NCBI GenBank assembly: GCA_038087875.1
Contig: CM075987.1
Location: 17,672,001 to 17,736,000, forward strand
Length of the DNA stretch: 64,000 bases
From: Malacoraja senta
Lineage: Eukaryota
Reading direction: 5' to 3'
Part shown: one piece after another, positions 12,454 to 25,105 of the stretch
Position numbering within the stretch: position 1 is the first letter of the stretch
Layout: each line of letters starts with the position of its first letter
Notes under the pieces: model-generated
What the model saw: only the letters and a program-made list of their open reading frames with translations
Databases searched by the model: none
What the model was told of the DNA's origin: nothing
Program-made: the position numbers and the translations under genes

Positions 12454-14094
12454 AGCGTTTGTTGGCACTGGGCCTGTACTCGCTGGAGTTTAGAAGAATG
12501 AGGGGGGGGACCTCATTGAAACTTACAGAATAGTGAAAGGCTTGGATAGAGTGGATGTGGAGGAGGAAGTTTCGTCTAGGACCAGAGGTCATAATTAAAG
12601 GATATTCCTTCAGAAAGGAGACGAAGGAGGAACTTTTTCAGCTAGAGGGTGATAAATCTGTGGAATTCTTTGCCACAGAAGGCTATGAAGGCCGTCAGTG
12701 GATATTTTTAAGGCAGAAATAAATAGATTCTTGATTAGTACTGAGAGTCAGGGTTATGGGGAGAAGGCAGGAGAATGGGGTTGAGAGGGAGAGATAGATC
12801 AGTCATGATTGAATGGCGGAGTAGACTTGATGGGCCGAATGGCCTAATTCTGCTCCTATCACATGAACTTTTGACAAAGATAGCAGGCAATGGGCCGAGC
12901 CAACCAACATCACCATGTATTGATCCAAACTCACAGCGCTGGAGAAACTCGGCCGGCTGTGCAGCATGTGCAGAGGCAGTGGACGGGCAGTCACCCAGTC
13001 TGAAGTAGGGTCCAAATCCAAAACCTCGTCTATCCATTACCTCCACAGATGCTGCCTGACCTGCTGAGTTACTCCAGCACTCTGTGAAACATGCAGTTGT
13101 ACAGGGCCCTAGTGAGACCACACCTGGAGTATTGTGTGCAGTTTTGATTCCCTAATTTGAGGAAGGACATTTCTTGCTATTGTGGGAGTGCAGCGTAGGT
13201 TTTACAAGGTTAATTCCTGGGATGGCGGGACTGTTATATGCTGAGAGAATGGAGTGGCTGGGCATGTATACTCTGGAGTTTAGAAGGATGAGAGGGAATT
13301 TATAGAAACATATAAGATTATTAAGGGATTGGACACGCTAGAGGAAGGAAACATGTTCCGATGTTGGGGGAGTCCAGAACCAGGGGCCACAGTTTAAGAA
13401 TAAGGGATAAGCCATTTAGAACGGAGACAAGGAAACACTTTTTCTCACAGAGAGTTGTGAGTCTGTGGAATTCTCTGCTCAGAGGGCGGTTGAGGCCGGT
13501 TCTCTGGTTACATTCAAGAGAGATCTAGATAGGGCTCTTAAGATATGCGGAGTCAGGGGATATGAGGAGAAGGCAGGAACGGAGGGCACTGATTGGGATG
13601 ATCACCTATCCATGTTCTCCAGAGATGCTGCCTGACCCGCTGAGTTACTCCAGCACTCTGTGAAACGTCACCTATCATGTTCTCCACAGATGCTGCCTGA
13701 CCCGCCGCTGAGTTACTCCAGCACTCTGTGAAACGTCACCTATCCATGTTCTCCACAGATGCTGGCCTGACCCGCTGAGTTACTGCTGCTGAGGGCTCTG
13801 GGTCACCCCAGCTGTTGTATGGAACTCTCCAGAACCTGCTACTGACCCACCCGGACAAGCACACAAACAGGGTGGTGGGCGGCGCGGGGCAGGTCAGAGA
13901 CAGGGCTCCTACTGACACACCACGGCCTTGTCACGTCATGGGGGCACAGGTCAGGACTGCGATTGAACACGCCCACTTGTCTCATAGGACCGACCATAAG
14001 GCAAAGGAGCAGAATTAGCCCACTTAGCCCATTGAGTATGATCCACCTACCTTTCCCTCACATCCCCATTCCCCTGCCTTCTCCCCATAAATTC

Positions 14095-14413
14095 TTTAGT
14101 TTTAGTTTAGAGATACAGCGCGGAAACAGGGCCCTTCAGCCCACTGGGTCCGTGCCGACCAGCGATCCCCGCACATTAACACTATTCTACACCCACTAGG
14201 GACATTTTTACATTTACCAAGCAATTTAACCTACAAAACCTGTACGTCTTTGGAGTGTGGGAGGAAACCGAAGATCTCAGAGACGAAGGTCACGGGGGAG
14301 AACGTACAAACTCCGTACAGACAGCACCCGTATTTGGGATGAGAACCCGGGTCTCCGGCGCATGCATTCGCTGTAAGGCTGCAACTCTACCGCTGCACCA
14401 CCGTGACTGCCCT
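14095..14413 (-). mobile_element. tRNA-derived SINE (HE1/V-SINE-like)
   Basis: Reverse complement of the SINE at 44638-44967, with a (TAAAC)n tail. Confidence 0.8.
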
Positions 14414-15004
14414 CACTAAGAACCTGTCCAATCTCCGCTTTAAAAATACCAATGGCTTGGCCTCCGCCGTCACCTCTTTGTGTTGTTTAAATATTGTTAT
14501 TGTCCTCAACGACCTCCTCTGGCAACTTGTTCCGTACATCTACCACCCACTGTGTGAAACAGTTACCCCTTGAGTTGCTATAAAATCTTTCCCCTCTCAC
14601 CTTAAACCTACGTCCTCTGGTTATTGAGTCCACCAACCCTGGTAAAAGTCTCCATGCATCTACCCGATCTCTGTGCATCTACCTCATGATTTTGTACATC
14701 TCTATTAGAACAACCCCTCATCCTCCTGCGCTCCAAGGAATAAAACCTCTCCATTATGTATCCGGCCCCTCGAGTCCACAGTTATTGGTTTCTAACTGGT
14801 AAGACTCCAAGAATGTTTACATTGTGTTGCATTTGAAGAATCAAAAGCATGTAAGCACAAGGTGGCTGCAAGTCAGGTAAAGGGTAACTTGTACCGACAA
14901 CTTCTTCTTTTTCGTGTCCATCTTGTTACAAATGTTGGCCTCGCTGTTATCGTCCGTCTTGAAAGGATGCAAGCTTCCAGCAACAATCAGTGGAAGCCAT
15001 CACT

Positions 15005-15612
15005 TAGACAATAGACAATAGACAATAGGTGCAGGAGTAGGCCATTCGGCCCTTCGAGCCAGCACCGCCATTCAATGTGATCATGGCTGATCATCTACAA
15101 TCAGTACCCCGTTCCAGCCTTCTCCCCATATCCCCTGACTCCGCTATCTTTAAGAGCCCTATCTATCTCTCCCTTGAAAGCATCCAGAGAACCTGCCTTC
15201 ACCGCCCTCTGAGGCAGAGAATTCCACAGACTCACCACTCTCCGTGAGAAAAAGTGTTTCCTCGTCTCCATTCTAAATGCTTACTCCTTATTCTTAAACT
15301 GTGGCCGCTGGTTCTGGACTCCCCCAACATCGGGAACATGTTTTCCTGCCTCTAGCGTGTCCAAACCCTTAACAATCTTATATGTTTCAATGAGATTCCC
15401 TATCATCCTTCTAAACTCCAGAATGTACAAGCCCAGCTGCTCCATTCTCTCAGCATATGACAGTCCCGCCATCCTGGGAATTAACCTTCTAAACCTACGC
15501 TGCACTCTCTCAATAGCAAGAATGTCCTTCCTCAAATTAGGGACCAAAACTGCACACAATACTCCAGGTGTGGTCTCACTAGGGCCCTGTACAACTGCAG
15601 AAGGACCTCTTT
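15005..15612 (-). mobile_element. CR1 3' fragment
   Basis: (ACAATAG)n tail plus CR1 C-terminal coding sequence. Confidence 0.85.
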
Positions 15613-15794
15613 GTCGACAACAAAACAATGCGATTATTATTTGCAGCAGCAGCTTTACAGGAAAGTTCCGGAAAGTGCCGGAAGTTTATGTGAGAAGTCA
15701 TACTGCAGTCCACAAATATATTTTACAATAAATTGAAATATATTTCCATTATATATTCATCATAATCTTACACACAACGAAACACAAGGAAGGG

Positions 15795-16304
15795 CCGGAG
15801 AGGAGGAGGTTCACCAGATTGATCCCTGGGATGGCGGGACTGTCATATGAGGAAAGATTGAAAAGACTAGGCTTGTATTCACTGGAGTTTAGAAGGATGA
15901 CGGGGAATCTTATAGAAACATATAAAATCATAAAAGGACTGGACAAGGTAGATGCAGGAAAAATGTTCCCAATGTTGGGCGAGTCCAGAACCAGGGGCCA
16001 CAGTCTTAGAATAAAGGGGAGGTCATTTAAGACTGAGGTGAGAAAAAACTTTTTTCACCCAGAGAGTTGTGAATTTGTGGAATTCCCTGCCACAGAGGGC
16101 AGCGGAGGCCAAGTCACTGGATGGATTTAAGAGAGAGTTAGATAGAGCTCTAGGGGCTAGTGGAGTCAAGGGATATGGGGAGAAGGCAGGCACGGGTTAT
16201 TGATAGGGGACGATCAGCCATGATCACAATGAATGGCGGTGCTGGCTCGAAGGGGCCGAATGGCCTCCTCCTGCACCTATTTTTCTATGTTTCTATGTTT
16301 CTAT
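15795..16304 (+). mobile_element. CR1 3' fragment
   Basis: ORF 15819..16130 and a (TTTCTATG)n tail. Confidence 0.85.
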
Positions 16305-16878
16305 GATGATTCCTGACTGTGTGCAGAAAAATAATGTCACTGTACACGTTTGTACATGTTATAATAAAGAACCTTTGACCACTGTCCCGACTTGAAGTGA
16401 TATTTAAGAATGGCCAGGATGGGAGGGACAAAGCTGAGAGAGGGACCTCGCCTGTTGCTAGAGAAGAAAACAAAGATCCCACAATCTCCTCAATAACCTG
16501 CCACAGATCCCATCAGGCTCTGGAGATATGCACCCTTTCCATCTGAACAACAGCTTTCCTATCGCAGGGTGACCAAAACTCAACATAATACTCTATATGT
16601 GGCCTCACCAATATCTTGTACAACCGTAACGTGACCTCCCAACCTCTCTCACTTAATACACTGACTGGATGAAGACCAATGTGCCAAAACTCTTTTTGAC
16701 TTATCTACCTGTGACACCACTTTCAAGGAACTATGTATGTACACTTCCAGATCGCTCTGCTCTACAATGCTCCCCATGGCCCTGCCATTCACCGTGTCGG
16801 TCTTACCCCAAGTCCACATTGCTTTCAGTGCATTGGGTCTCCATGACCCAGTCCCACGATGTTCCATAAACCTCCATG

Positions 16879-19456
16879 ACATAGAAACATAGAAACATAG
16901 AAATTAGGTGCAGGAGTAGGCCATTCGGCCCTTCGAGCCTGCACCGCCATTCAATATGATCATGGCTGATCATCCAACTCAGTATCCCGTACCTGCCTTC
17001 TCTCCATACCCCCTGATCCCTTTAGCCACAAGGGCCACATCTAACTCCCTCTTAAATATAGCCAATGAACTGGCCTCGACTACCCTCTGTGGCAGAGAGT
17101 TCCAGAGATTCACCACTCTCTGTGTGAAAAAAGTTCTTCTCATCTCGGTTTTAAAAGGATTTCCCCCTTATCCTTAAGCTGTGACCCCTTGTCCTGGACT
17201 TTCCCAACATCGGGAGCAATCTTCCTGCATCTAGCCTGTCCAACCCCTTAAGAATTTTGTACGTTTCTATAAGATCCCCTCTCAATCTCCTAAATTCTAG
17301 AGAGTATAAACCAAGTCTATCCAGTCTTTCTTCATAAGACAGTCCTGACATCCCAGGAATCAGTCTGGTGAACCTTCTCTGCACTCCCTCTATGGCAATA
17401 ATGTCCTTCCTCAGATTTGGAGACCAAACTGTACGCAATACTCCAGGTGTGGTCTCACCAAGACCCTGTACAACTGCAGTAGAACCTCCCTGCTCCTATA
17501 CTCAAATCCTTTTGCTATGAAAGCTAACATACCATTCGCTTTCTTCACCTGCCTGCTGCACCTGCATGCCTACTTTCAATGACTGGTGTACCATGACACC
17601 CAGGTCTCGCTGCATCTCCCCTTTCCCTAGTCGGCCACCATTTAGATAATAGTCTGCTTTCCTGTTTTTGCCACCAAAATGGATAACCTCACATTTATCC
17701 ACATTATACTGCATCTGCCAAACATTTGCCCACTCACCCCAGCCTATCCAAGTCACCTTGCAGTCTCCTAGCATCCTCCTCACAGCTAACACTGCCCCCC
17801 AGCTTAGTGTCATCCGCAAACTGGGAGATATTGCCTTCAATTCCCTCATCCAGGTCATTAATATATATTGTAAATAGCTGGGGTCCCAGCACTGAGCCTT
17901 GCGGTACCCCACTAGTCACTGCCTGCCATTGTGAAAAGGACCCATTTACTCCTACTCTTTGCTTCCTGTTTGCCAGCCAGTTCTCTATCCACATCAATAC
18001 TGAACCCCCAATGCCATGTGCTTTAAGTTTGTATACTAATCTTTTATGTGGGACCTTGTCGAAAGCCTTCTGGAAGTCCAGATACACCACATCCACTGGT
18101 TCTCCCCTATCCACGCTACTAGTTACATCCTCGAAAAATTCTATAAGATTCGTCAGACATGATTTACCTTTCGTAAATCCATGCTGACTTTGTCCAATGA
18201 TTTCACCACTTTCCAAATGTGCTGCTATCCCATCTTTAATAACTGACTCTAGCAGTTTCCCCACTACCGATGTTAGACTAACTGGTCTGTAATTCCCCGT
18301 TTTCTCTCTCCCTCCCTTCTTAAAAAGTGGGGTTACGTTTGCTACCCGCCAATCCTCAGGAACTACTCCAGAATCTAAAGAGTTTTGAAAGATTATTACT
18401 AATGCATCCACTATTTCTGGAGCTACTTCCTTAAGTACTCTGGGATGCAACCTATCTGGCCCTGGGGATTTATCGGCCTTTAATCCATTCAATTTACCCA
18501 AAACCACTTCCCGACTAACCTGGATTTCACTCAATTCCTCCAACTCCTTTGACCCGCGGTCCCCTGCTATTTCCGGCAGATTATTTATGTCTTCCTTAGT
18601 GAAGACGGAACCAAAGTAGTTATTCAATTGGTCCGCCATATCCTTGTTCCCCATGATTAACTCACCTGTTTCTGACTGCAAGGGACCTACATTTGTTTTA
18701 ACTAATCTCTTTCTTTTTACATATCTATAAAAACTTTTGCAGTCAGTTTTTATGTTCCCTGCCAGTTTTCTTTCATAATCTATTTTTCCTTTCCTAATTA
18801 CGCCCTTTGTCCTCCTCTGCTGGTCTCTGAATTTCTCCCAGTCCTCCGGTATGCTGCTTTTTCTGGCTAATTTGTACGCATCATCCTTCGCTTTGATACC
18901 ATCCCTGATTTCCCTTGTTATCCACGGATGCACTACCTTCCCCGATTTATTCTTTTGCCAAACTGGGATGAACAATTTTTGTAGTTCATCCATGCAGTCT
19001 TTAAATGTCTTCCATTGCATGTCCACCGTCAACCCTTTTAGAATTAATTGCCAGTCAATCTTGGCCAATTCACGTCTCATACCCTCAAAGTTACCTTTCT
19101 TTAAGTTCAGAACCATTGTTTCTGAATTAACAATGTCACTCTCCATCCTAATGAAGAACTCAACCATGTTATGGTCACTCTTGCCCAAGGGGGCACGTAC
19201 AACAAGACTGCTAACTAACCCTTCCTCATTACTCAATACCTAGTCTAGAATAGCCTGCTCTCTCGTTGGTTCCTCTACATGTTGGTTTAGATAACTATCC
19301 CGCATACATTCCAAGAAATCCTCTTCCTCAGCACCCCTGCCAATTTGATTCACCCAATCTATATGTAGATTGAAGTCACCCATTATAACTGTTTTGCCTT
19401 TGTTGCACGCATTTCTAATTTCCTGTTTGATGCCATCCCCAACTTCACTACTACTG
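16879..19456 (-). mobile_element. Young 5'-truncated CR1 LINE, 2.6 kb (end of endonuclease, RT, 3' tail)
   Basis: The 500-aa ORF 17734..19236 contains SDHN and RT motifs. (CATAGAAA)n tail. A ~20-bp flanking duplication lies at 16843-16862 and 19457-19476. Confidence 0.93.
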
Positions 19457-19539
19457 ATGACCCAGACCCACGATGTCCACTGTGTCCATTATACTCGGCA
19501 CAGCCTCACTCACAAAGCGCCAACACCAGGAAGTGAGGG

Positions 19540-20162
19540 GAGTTCAAGATCAAGTTCAAGTTCAAGAGTTCAAGAGAGTTTATTGTCATGTGTCCCTGAT
19601 AGGACAATGAAATTCTTGCTTTGCTTCAGCACAACAGAACATAGAAGGCATTGACTACAAAACAGATCAGTGTGTCCATATATCATTATATAAATATATA
19701 CACACATGAATAAATAAACTGATAAAGTGCAAATAACAGATAATGGGCTATTAATGTTCAGTGTTATGTTCGAGCCAAGTTTAATAGCCTGATGGTTGTG
19801 GGGAAGTAGCTATTCCTGAACCTGGTCGTTGCAGTCTTCAGGCTCCTGTACCTTCTACCTGAGGGTAGCAGGGAGATGAGTGTGTGGCCAGGATGGTGTG
19901 GGTCCTTGATGATACTGCCAGCCTTTTTGAGGCAGCGACTGCGATAGATCCCCTTGATGAAAGGAAGGTCAGAGCCGATGATGGACTGGGCAGTGTTTAC
20001 TACTCTTTGTAGTCTTTTCCTCTCCAAGGCGCTCAAGTTGCCGAACCAAGCCACGATGCAACCGGTCAGCATGTTCTCTACTGTGCACCTGTAGAAGTTA
20101 CAGAGAGTCCTCCTTGACAAACCGACTCTCCGTAATCTTCTCAGGAAGTAGAGGTGCTGATG
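19540..20162 (-). mobile_element. Rex1/Babar-type LINE 3' fragment
   Basis: ORF 19764..20120 (NFYRCTVE..LTGCIVAWFGN...PHHPGH..LLPSGRRYR...RFRNSYFP) and a (CTTGAA)n-type tail. Confidence 0.8.
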
Positions 20163-20469
20163 TGTGATGGCAAGGCCAGCCCAGCTACCTCGTGTGCAGG
20201 CCCCTCTGATGTTTGTGCAATATGTAAATGATGTGATTTATATAAACTCATGTGAGGAAGGATATAAATAAGCCACAGACATTCATGGAGAAATCGCAGA
20301 TGGAGTTTAATCCTAGCAAGTGTTCGGTGTTTGGGAGGTCAGATTTATGGGGGAAATATATAATTAGTGGCAAGAGCCTCAACAGCATTAATGTACAGAG
20401 GGATCTTGGAGTCCGTCCATAACTGCCTGAAAGTGTCAGCACAAGTAATGGTAAAGAATGCACATGTTA

Positions 20470-21672
20470 GTAAGATTTCAGAGTCAAATATAAAGGATGA
20501 GGTTACGGAGTACTTAGGTTCATGATTAAAGGGCAAAGTCAGCATGGCTTTGTGAAGGGGGGGTCTTGCCTGACTAAATATGCTGGAATTCTTTGAAGAA
20601 GTAAATAGCAGGACAGACAAAGGGGAGTCAGTAGATGTTGTTTAATTCGATTTTCAGAAAGCCTTTGATAAGGTGCCACACGTGAGGCTGCTAAGGAAGA
20701 TGAGAGCCCACGGTATCAAAGGGCAGATACTAGCATGGATAGCAGGTTGGCTGGATGGCAGAAGACAAAGAGTGGCAATAAAGGGGGATTTTTCTGGTTG
20801 GTTGCCAGTGACTAGCGGAGTTCTGCAGGGGTCGGTGCTGGGGCCGCTACTCTTCACGTTGTATATTAATGATTTGGACGAGGGGGATTGAAGGCTTTGT
20901 GGCTGAGTTTGTGGATGATACGAAAATAGGTGGAGGGGCAGGTAGTGTAGAGAAAGCAGGGACTCTGCAGAAGGACTTGGACAGGTTGGGAGAGTGGGCA
21001 GAGAAGTGCCAGATGGAATATAGTGAAGCAAAGTGTGGAGTCATGCATTTTGGTAGTTGGAATAAAGACGTAGACTATTTTCTAAATGGGGAGAGAATCC
21101 AGAAATCGGAGGCACAAAGGGACTTGGGAGTGCTGGTGCAGGATTCTCATAAAGTCAATCTGCAAGTTGAATCGGTAGTAAAGAAAGCAAACTCAATTCT
21201 AGCATTTATTTTGAGAGGGCTTGTATACAAAAACAGGGATGTAATGTTGAGGCTCTATAAGGCACTGGACAGGCTGCATTTGGAATATTGTGAGCAATTT
21301 TGGGCACCATATCTGAGGAAGGATGTGCTGGCTCTGGAGAGGGTCCAGAGGAGGTTTACAAGAATGATCCCAGGAATGAGTGGGTTAACATAGGATGAGC
21401 ACTTGGCGGCACTGGGCCTGTACTCGCTGGAGTTTAGAAGAATGAGGGGGGGACCTCATTGAAACGTACGGGGTGGGAGATTGCAACCTCCATGTGGTCC
21501 ACCCTGTTTCGACTAATGCAATGAACCCGATGTGCACAAACAAATAGATGTCGTTTTTCATGCCACTTGATCTGCAACTTTAGGCTGTGCACGCCAGACG
21601 CAAGAAGAAGATTAAAAAGTACAGAATAGTGAAAGGCCTGAACAGCATGGACATGGACAGGATGTTTCCACC
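20470..21672 (+). mobile_element. CR1 RT fragment (second subfamily), with a short insertion at ~21470-21612
   Basis: ORFs 20673..20891 and 20869..21393 carry RT motifs. Confidence 0.85.
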
Positions 21673-22137
21673 AATAGACAATAGACAATAGGGTGCAGGA
21701 GTAGGCCATTCAGCCCTTCGAGCCAGTACTGCCATTCAATGTGATCATGTCTGATCATCCACAATCAGTTCCCCGTTCCTGCCTTCTCCCCATATCCCCT
21801 GACTCCGCTATCTTAAAGAGCCCTATCTAGCTCTCTCTTGAATGTATCCAGAGAACCGGCCTCCACCGCCCTCTGAGGCACAAAATTCCACAGACTCACA
21901 ACTCTCTGTGAGAAAAAGTGTTTCCTCGTCTCCGTTCTAAACGGCTTACCCCTTATTTTTAAACTGTGGCCCCTGGTTCTGGACTCCCCCAACATCGGGA
22001 ACATGTTTCCTGCCTCTAGCGTGTCCAAACCTTTAATAATCTTATAAATCTTACATTTGCCCCATATCCGTGTAAACCCTTGCAAGCCATATACGTTATA
22101 AAAAGGTTTAGACAGATATGGGCCAAACACGGGCAGG

Positions 22138-23612
22138 TGAATGTTCCTGAGGATTGGAGGGTAGCAAACGTAACCCCACTTTTTAAGAAGGGAGAGAGAA
22201 AACGGGGAATTACAGACCAGTTAGTCTAACATCGGTAGTGGGGAAACTGCTAGAGTCAGTTATTAAAGATGGGATAGCAGCACATTTGGAAAGTGGTGAA
22301 ATCATTGGACAAAGTCAGCATGGATTTACGAAAGGTAAATCATGTCTGACGAATCTTATAGAATTTTTCGAGGATGTAACTAGTAGAGTGGATAGGGGAG
22401 AACCAGTGGATGTGTTGTATCTGGACTTTCAGAAGGCTTTCGACAAGGTACCACATAAGAGATTAGGATACAAACTTAAATCACACGGTATTGGGGGTTC
22501 AGTATTGATGTGGATAGAGAACTGGCTGGCAAACAGGAAGCAAAGAGTAGGAGTAAACGGGTCCTTTTCACAATGGCAGGCAGTGACTAGTGGGGTACCG
22601 CAAGGCTCAGTGCTGGGACCCCAGCTATTTACAATTTATATTAATGATCTGGACGAGGGAATTGAAAGCAACATCTCCAAGTTTGCGGATGACACTAAGC
22701 TGGGGGGCAATGTTAGCTGTGAGGAGGATGCTAGGAGACTGCAAGGTGACTTGGATAGGCTGGGTGAGTGGGCAAATGTTTGGCAGATGCAGTATAATGT
22801 GGATAAATGTGAGGTTATCCACTTTGGTGGCAAAAACGGGAAGGCAGACTATTATCTAAATGGTGGCCGATTAGGAAATGGGGAGATGCAACGAGACCTG
22901 GGTGTCATGGTACACCAGTCATTGAAAGTAGGCATGCAGGTGCAGCAGGCAGTGAAGAAAGCAAATGGTATGTTGGCCTTCATAGCAAGAGGATTTGAGT
23001 ATAGGAGCAGGGAGGTTCTACTGCAGTTGTACAGGGTCTTGGTGAGACCACACCTGGAGTATTGCGTACAATTTTGGTCTCCAAATCTGAGGAAGGACAT
23101 TATAACCATAGAGGGAGTGCAGAGAAGGTTCACCAGACTGATTCCTGGGATGTCAGGACTTTCATATGAAGAAAGACTGGATAGACTTGGCTTATACTCG
23201 CTAGAATTTAGGAGATTGAGAGGGGATCTTATAGAAACGTACAAAATTCTTATGGAGTTGGACAGGCTAGATGCAGGAAGATTGTTCCCGATGTTGGGGA
23301 AGTCCAGGACAAGGGGTCACAGCTTAAGGATAAGGGGGAAATCCTTTAAGACCGAGATGACGAAAAACTTTTCCACACAGAGAGTGGTGAATCTCTGGAA
23401 CTCTCTGCCACAGAGGGTAGTTGAGGCCAGTTCATTGGCTATATTTAAGAGGGAGTTAGATGTGGCCCTTGTGGCTAAAGGGATCAGGGGGTATGGAGAG
23501 AAGGCAGGTACGGGATACTGAGTTGGGTGATCAGCCATGATCATATTGAATGGTGGTGCAGGCTCGAAGGGCCGAATGGCCTACTCCTGCACCTATTTTC
23601 TATGTTTCTATG
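22138..23612 (+). mobile_element. Young CR1 LINE, RT to 3' end
   Basis: Uninterrupted 427-aa ORF 22238..23521, near-identical to the copy at 16879-19456. Confidence 0.93.
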
Positions 23613-24069
23613 TAACATGACATACAGTACCAGTTAGGAATGACACATAAATCATTAAACATAATAATAAAACATGGGAGTATGTAGATGGGACATCTTG
23701 GTCGGCATGGGCAAGATGGGCCCAAGGGGCTTTCCGGAGAAAAGCATTGCCTTTGCCTTCCTGCCTGCCAACTCAACCTGCAAACTAACCTTGTGGGAAT
23801 CGAGCACCAGCTCCTAAGTCCTTTTGAACCTCAGATTTCTGAATTCTCTCCCATTAGAAAAGAATCGACACCTTTATTCCTACTACCAAAGTGCATGACG
23901 TACACGTTGCTGTGCTGTATTCCATCTGCCATGTAGTTTAGTGTAGTTTATGGTCACGTGTACTGAAATACATTTTAAAGTTTTTGTTACGTGCTAACCA
24001 GTCAGCGGAAAGTCAATACATGATTACAATGGAGCCATCCACAGTGTACAGATACACAATAAGGGAATA

Positions 24070-24937
24070 GGTAGGGGGCGCCTGTATGGGTATGGCTGCC
24101 CAGCCTGCAGCTGTCCGTGTGTTTCACTTCTTTTTTTTATTTTTTGTTAGTTGAGTTTTTGTTTTTGGAGCTCTAGTCTTTTTTATGTGGGGGTGTTGGG
24201 GGGGGGGGGGGAGGGGGAAACTGCTTTTCAGGGTCCCTGTCTGGTCGGAGAGGCATCTTTTCTCTGGGCTGCACCGTCGACCCGTCCTCACGGCCTACCA
24301 GTGTGCCTGGAGCGGCGTTTCCTGAGGGGACCGCCCAGTACCTCGGCTTCGGCGGCGGCACACCGCTGGAGCGCTATCACGGAGCGAAGCGGGCGATGCC
24401 TTGCCTGGGTCGCCGCGCTGGAACTCCGGTGAGCTGAAGACTGCCGATGAAACATCGCGGACCTGCGGGTCTGTGGAGCGTCCAGCTGCGGGCGGCAGTG
24501 CTGAACTTCAACATCGGGAGCCTGGGATCTCTCGCCAAGATCGCCAGTGGTGGAGCTCCATCCAGCGCGGCCTGTTGGCTTCGGAAGCCGCGGTCTCCGG
24601 TAAGGAAGCGGCCGTTCCAGATTTCCCATGCTGCTGAGAGGATTCTCGCGACGCCGGAGTACCATCACCCGGCAAGAACGGCCTGGAACATCGGGCCCCG
24701 TAAAGGCGACTGCGGAGGCCTCAATAGGCCCGACTATGGGTGGACATAGGGATGGGGACTGGACTTTGTGCCTTCCCTCATAATGGGAACCATTGTGGGG
24801 GGATGTTTTTTTGTTTAAATTTCTTTATTACTGTTATGTTGTATTCTTTTTTTATGTGCTGCAATGGCAATGTGCATTTCACTACACCAATTGTTGTATG
24901 TGACAAATAAAGAACCTTTGAACCTTTGAACCTTTGA
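24070..24937 (+). mobile_element. GC-rich non-coding retroposon with (AACCTTTG)n tail
   Basis: CpG-rich core shared with 36960-37675. Ends in AATAAA and a microsatellite tail. Confidence 0.6.
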
Positions 24938-25105
24938 ATTACGTGAATAACATTCAGTACGATAAAGCCCGATCATAAAATAGTCCGAGGGTCTCCAATG
25001 AGGAAGATAGTAGTTCAGGACTTCTCTTCACTGCCCACTCTCCCAACCTGTCCAGGTCCTTCTGCAGAGTCCCTGCTTTATCTATACTACCTGCCCCTCC
25101 ACCTA

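Noticed and set aside
15660..15687. Tandem ETS-like CCGGAA(G/A) motifs as a promoter
   Set aside because: The motifs are short, sit between two CR1 fragments, and have no adjacent gene start.
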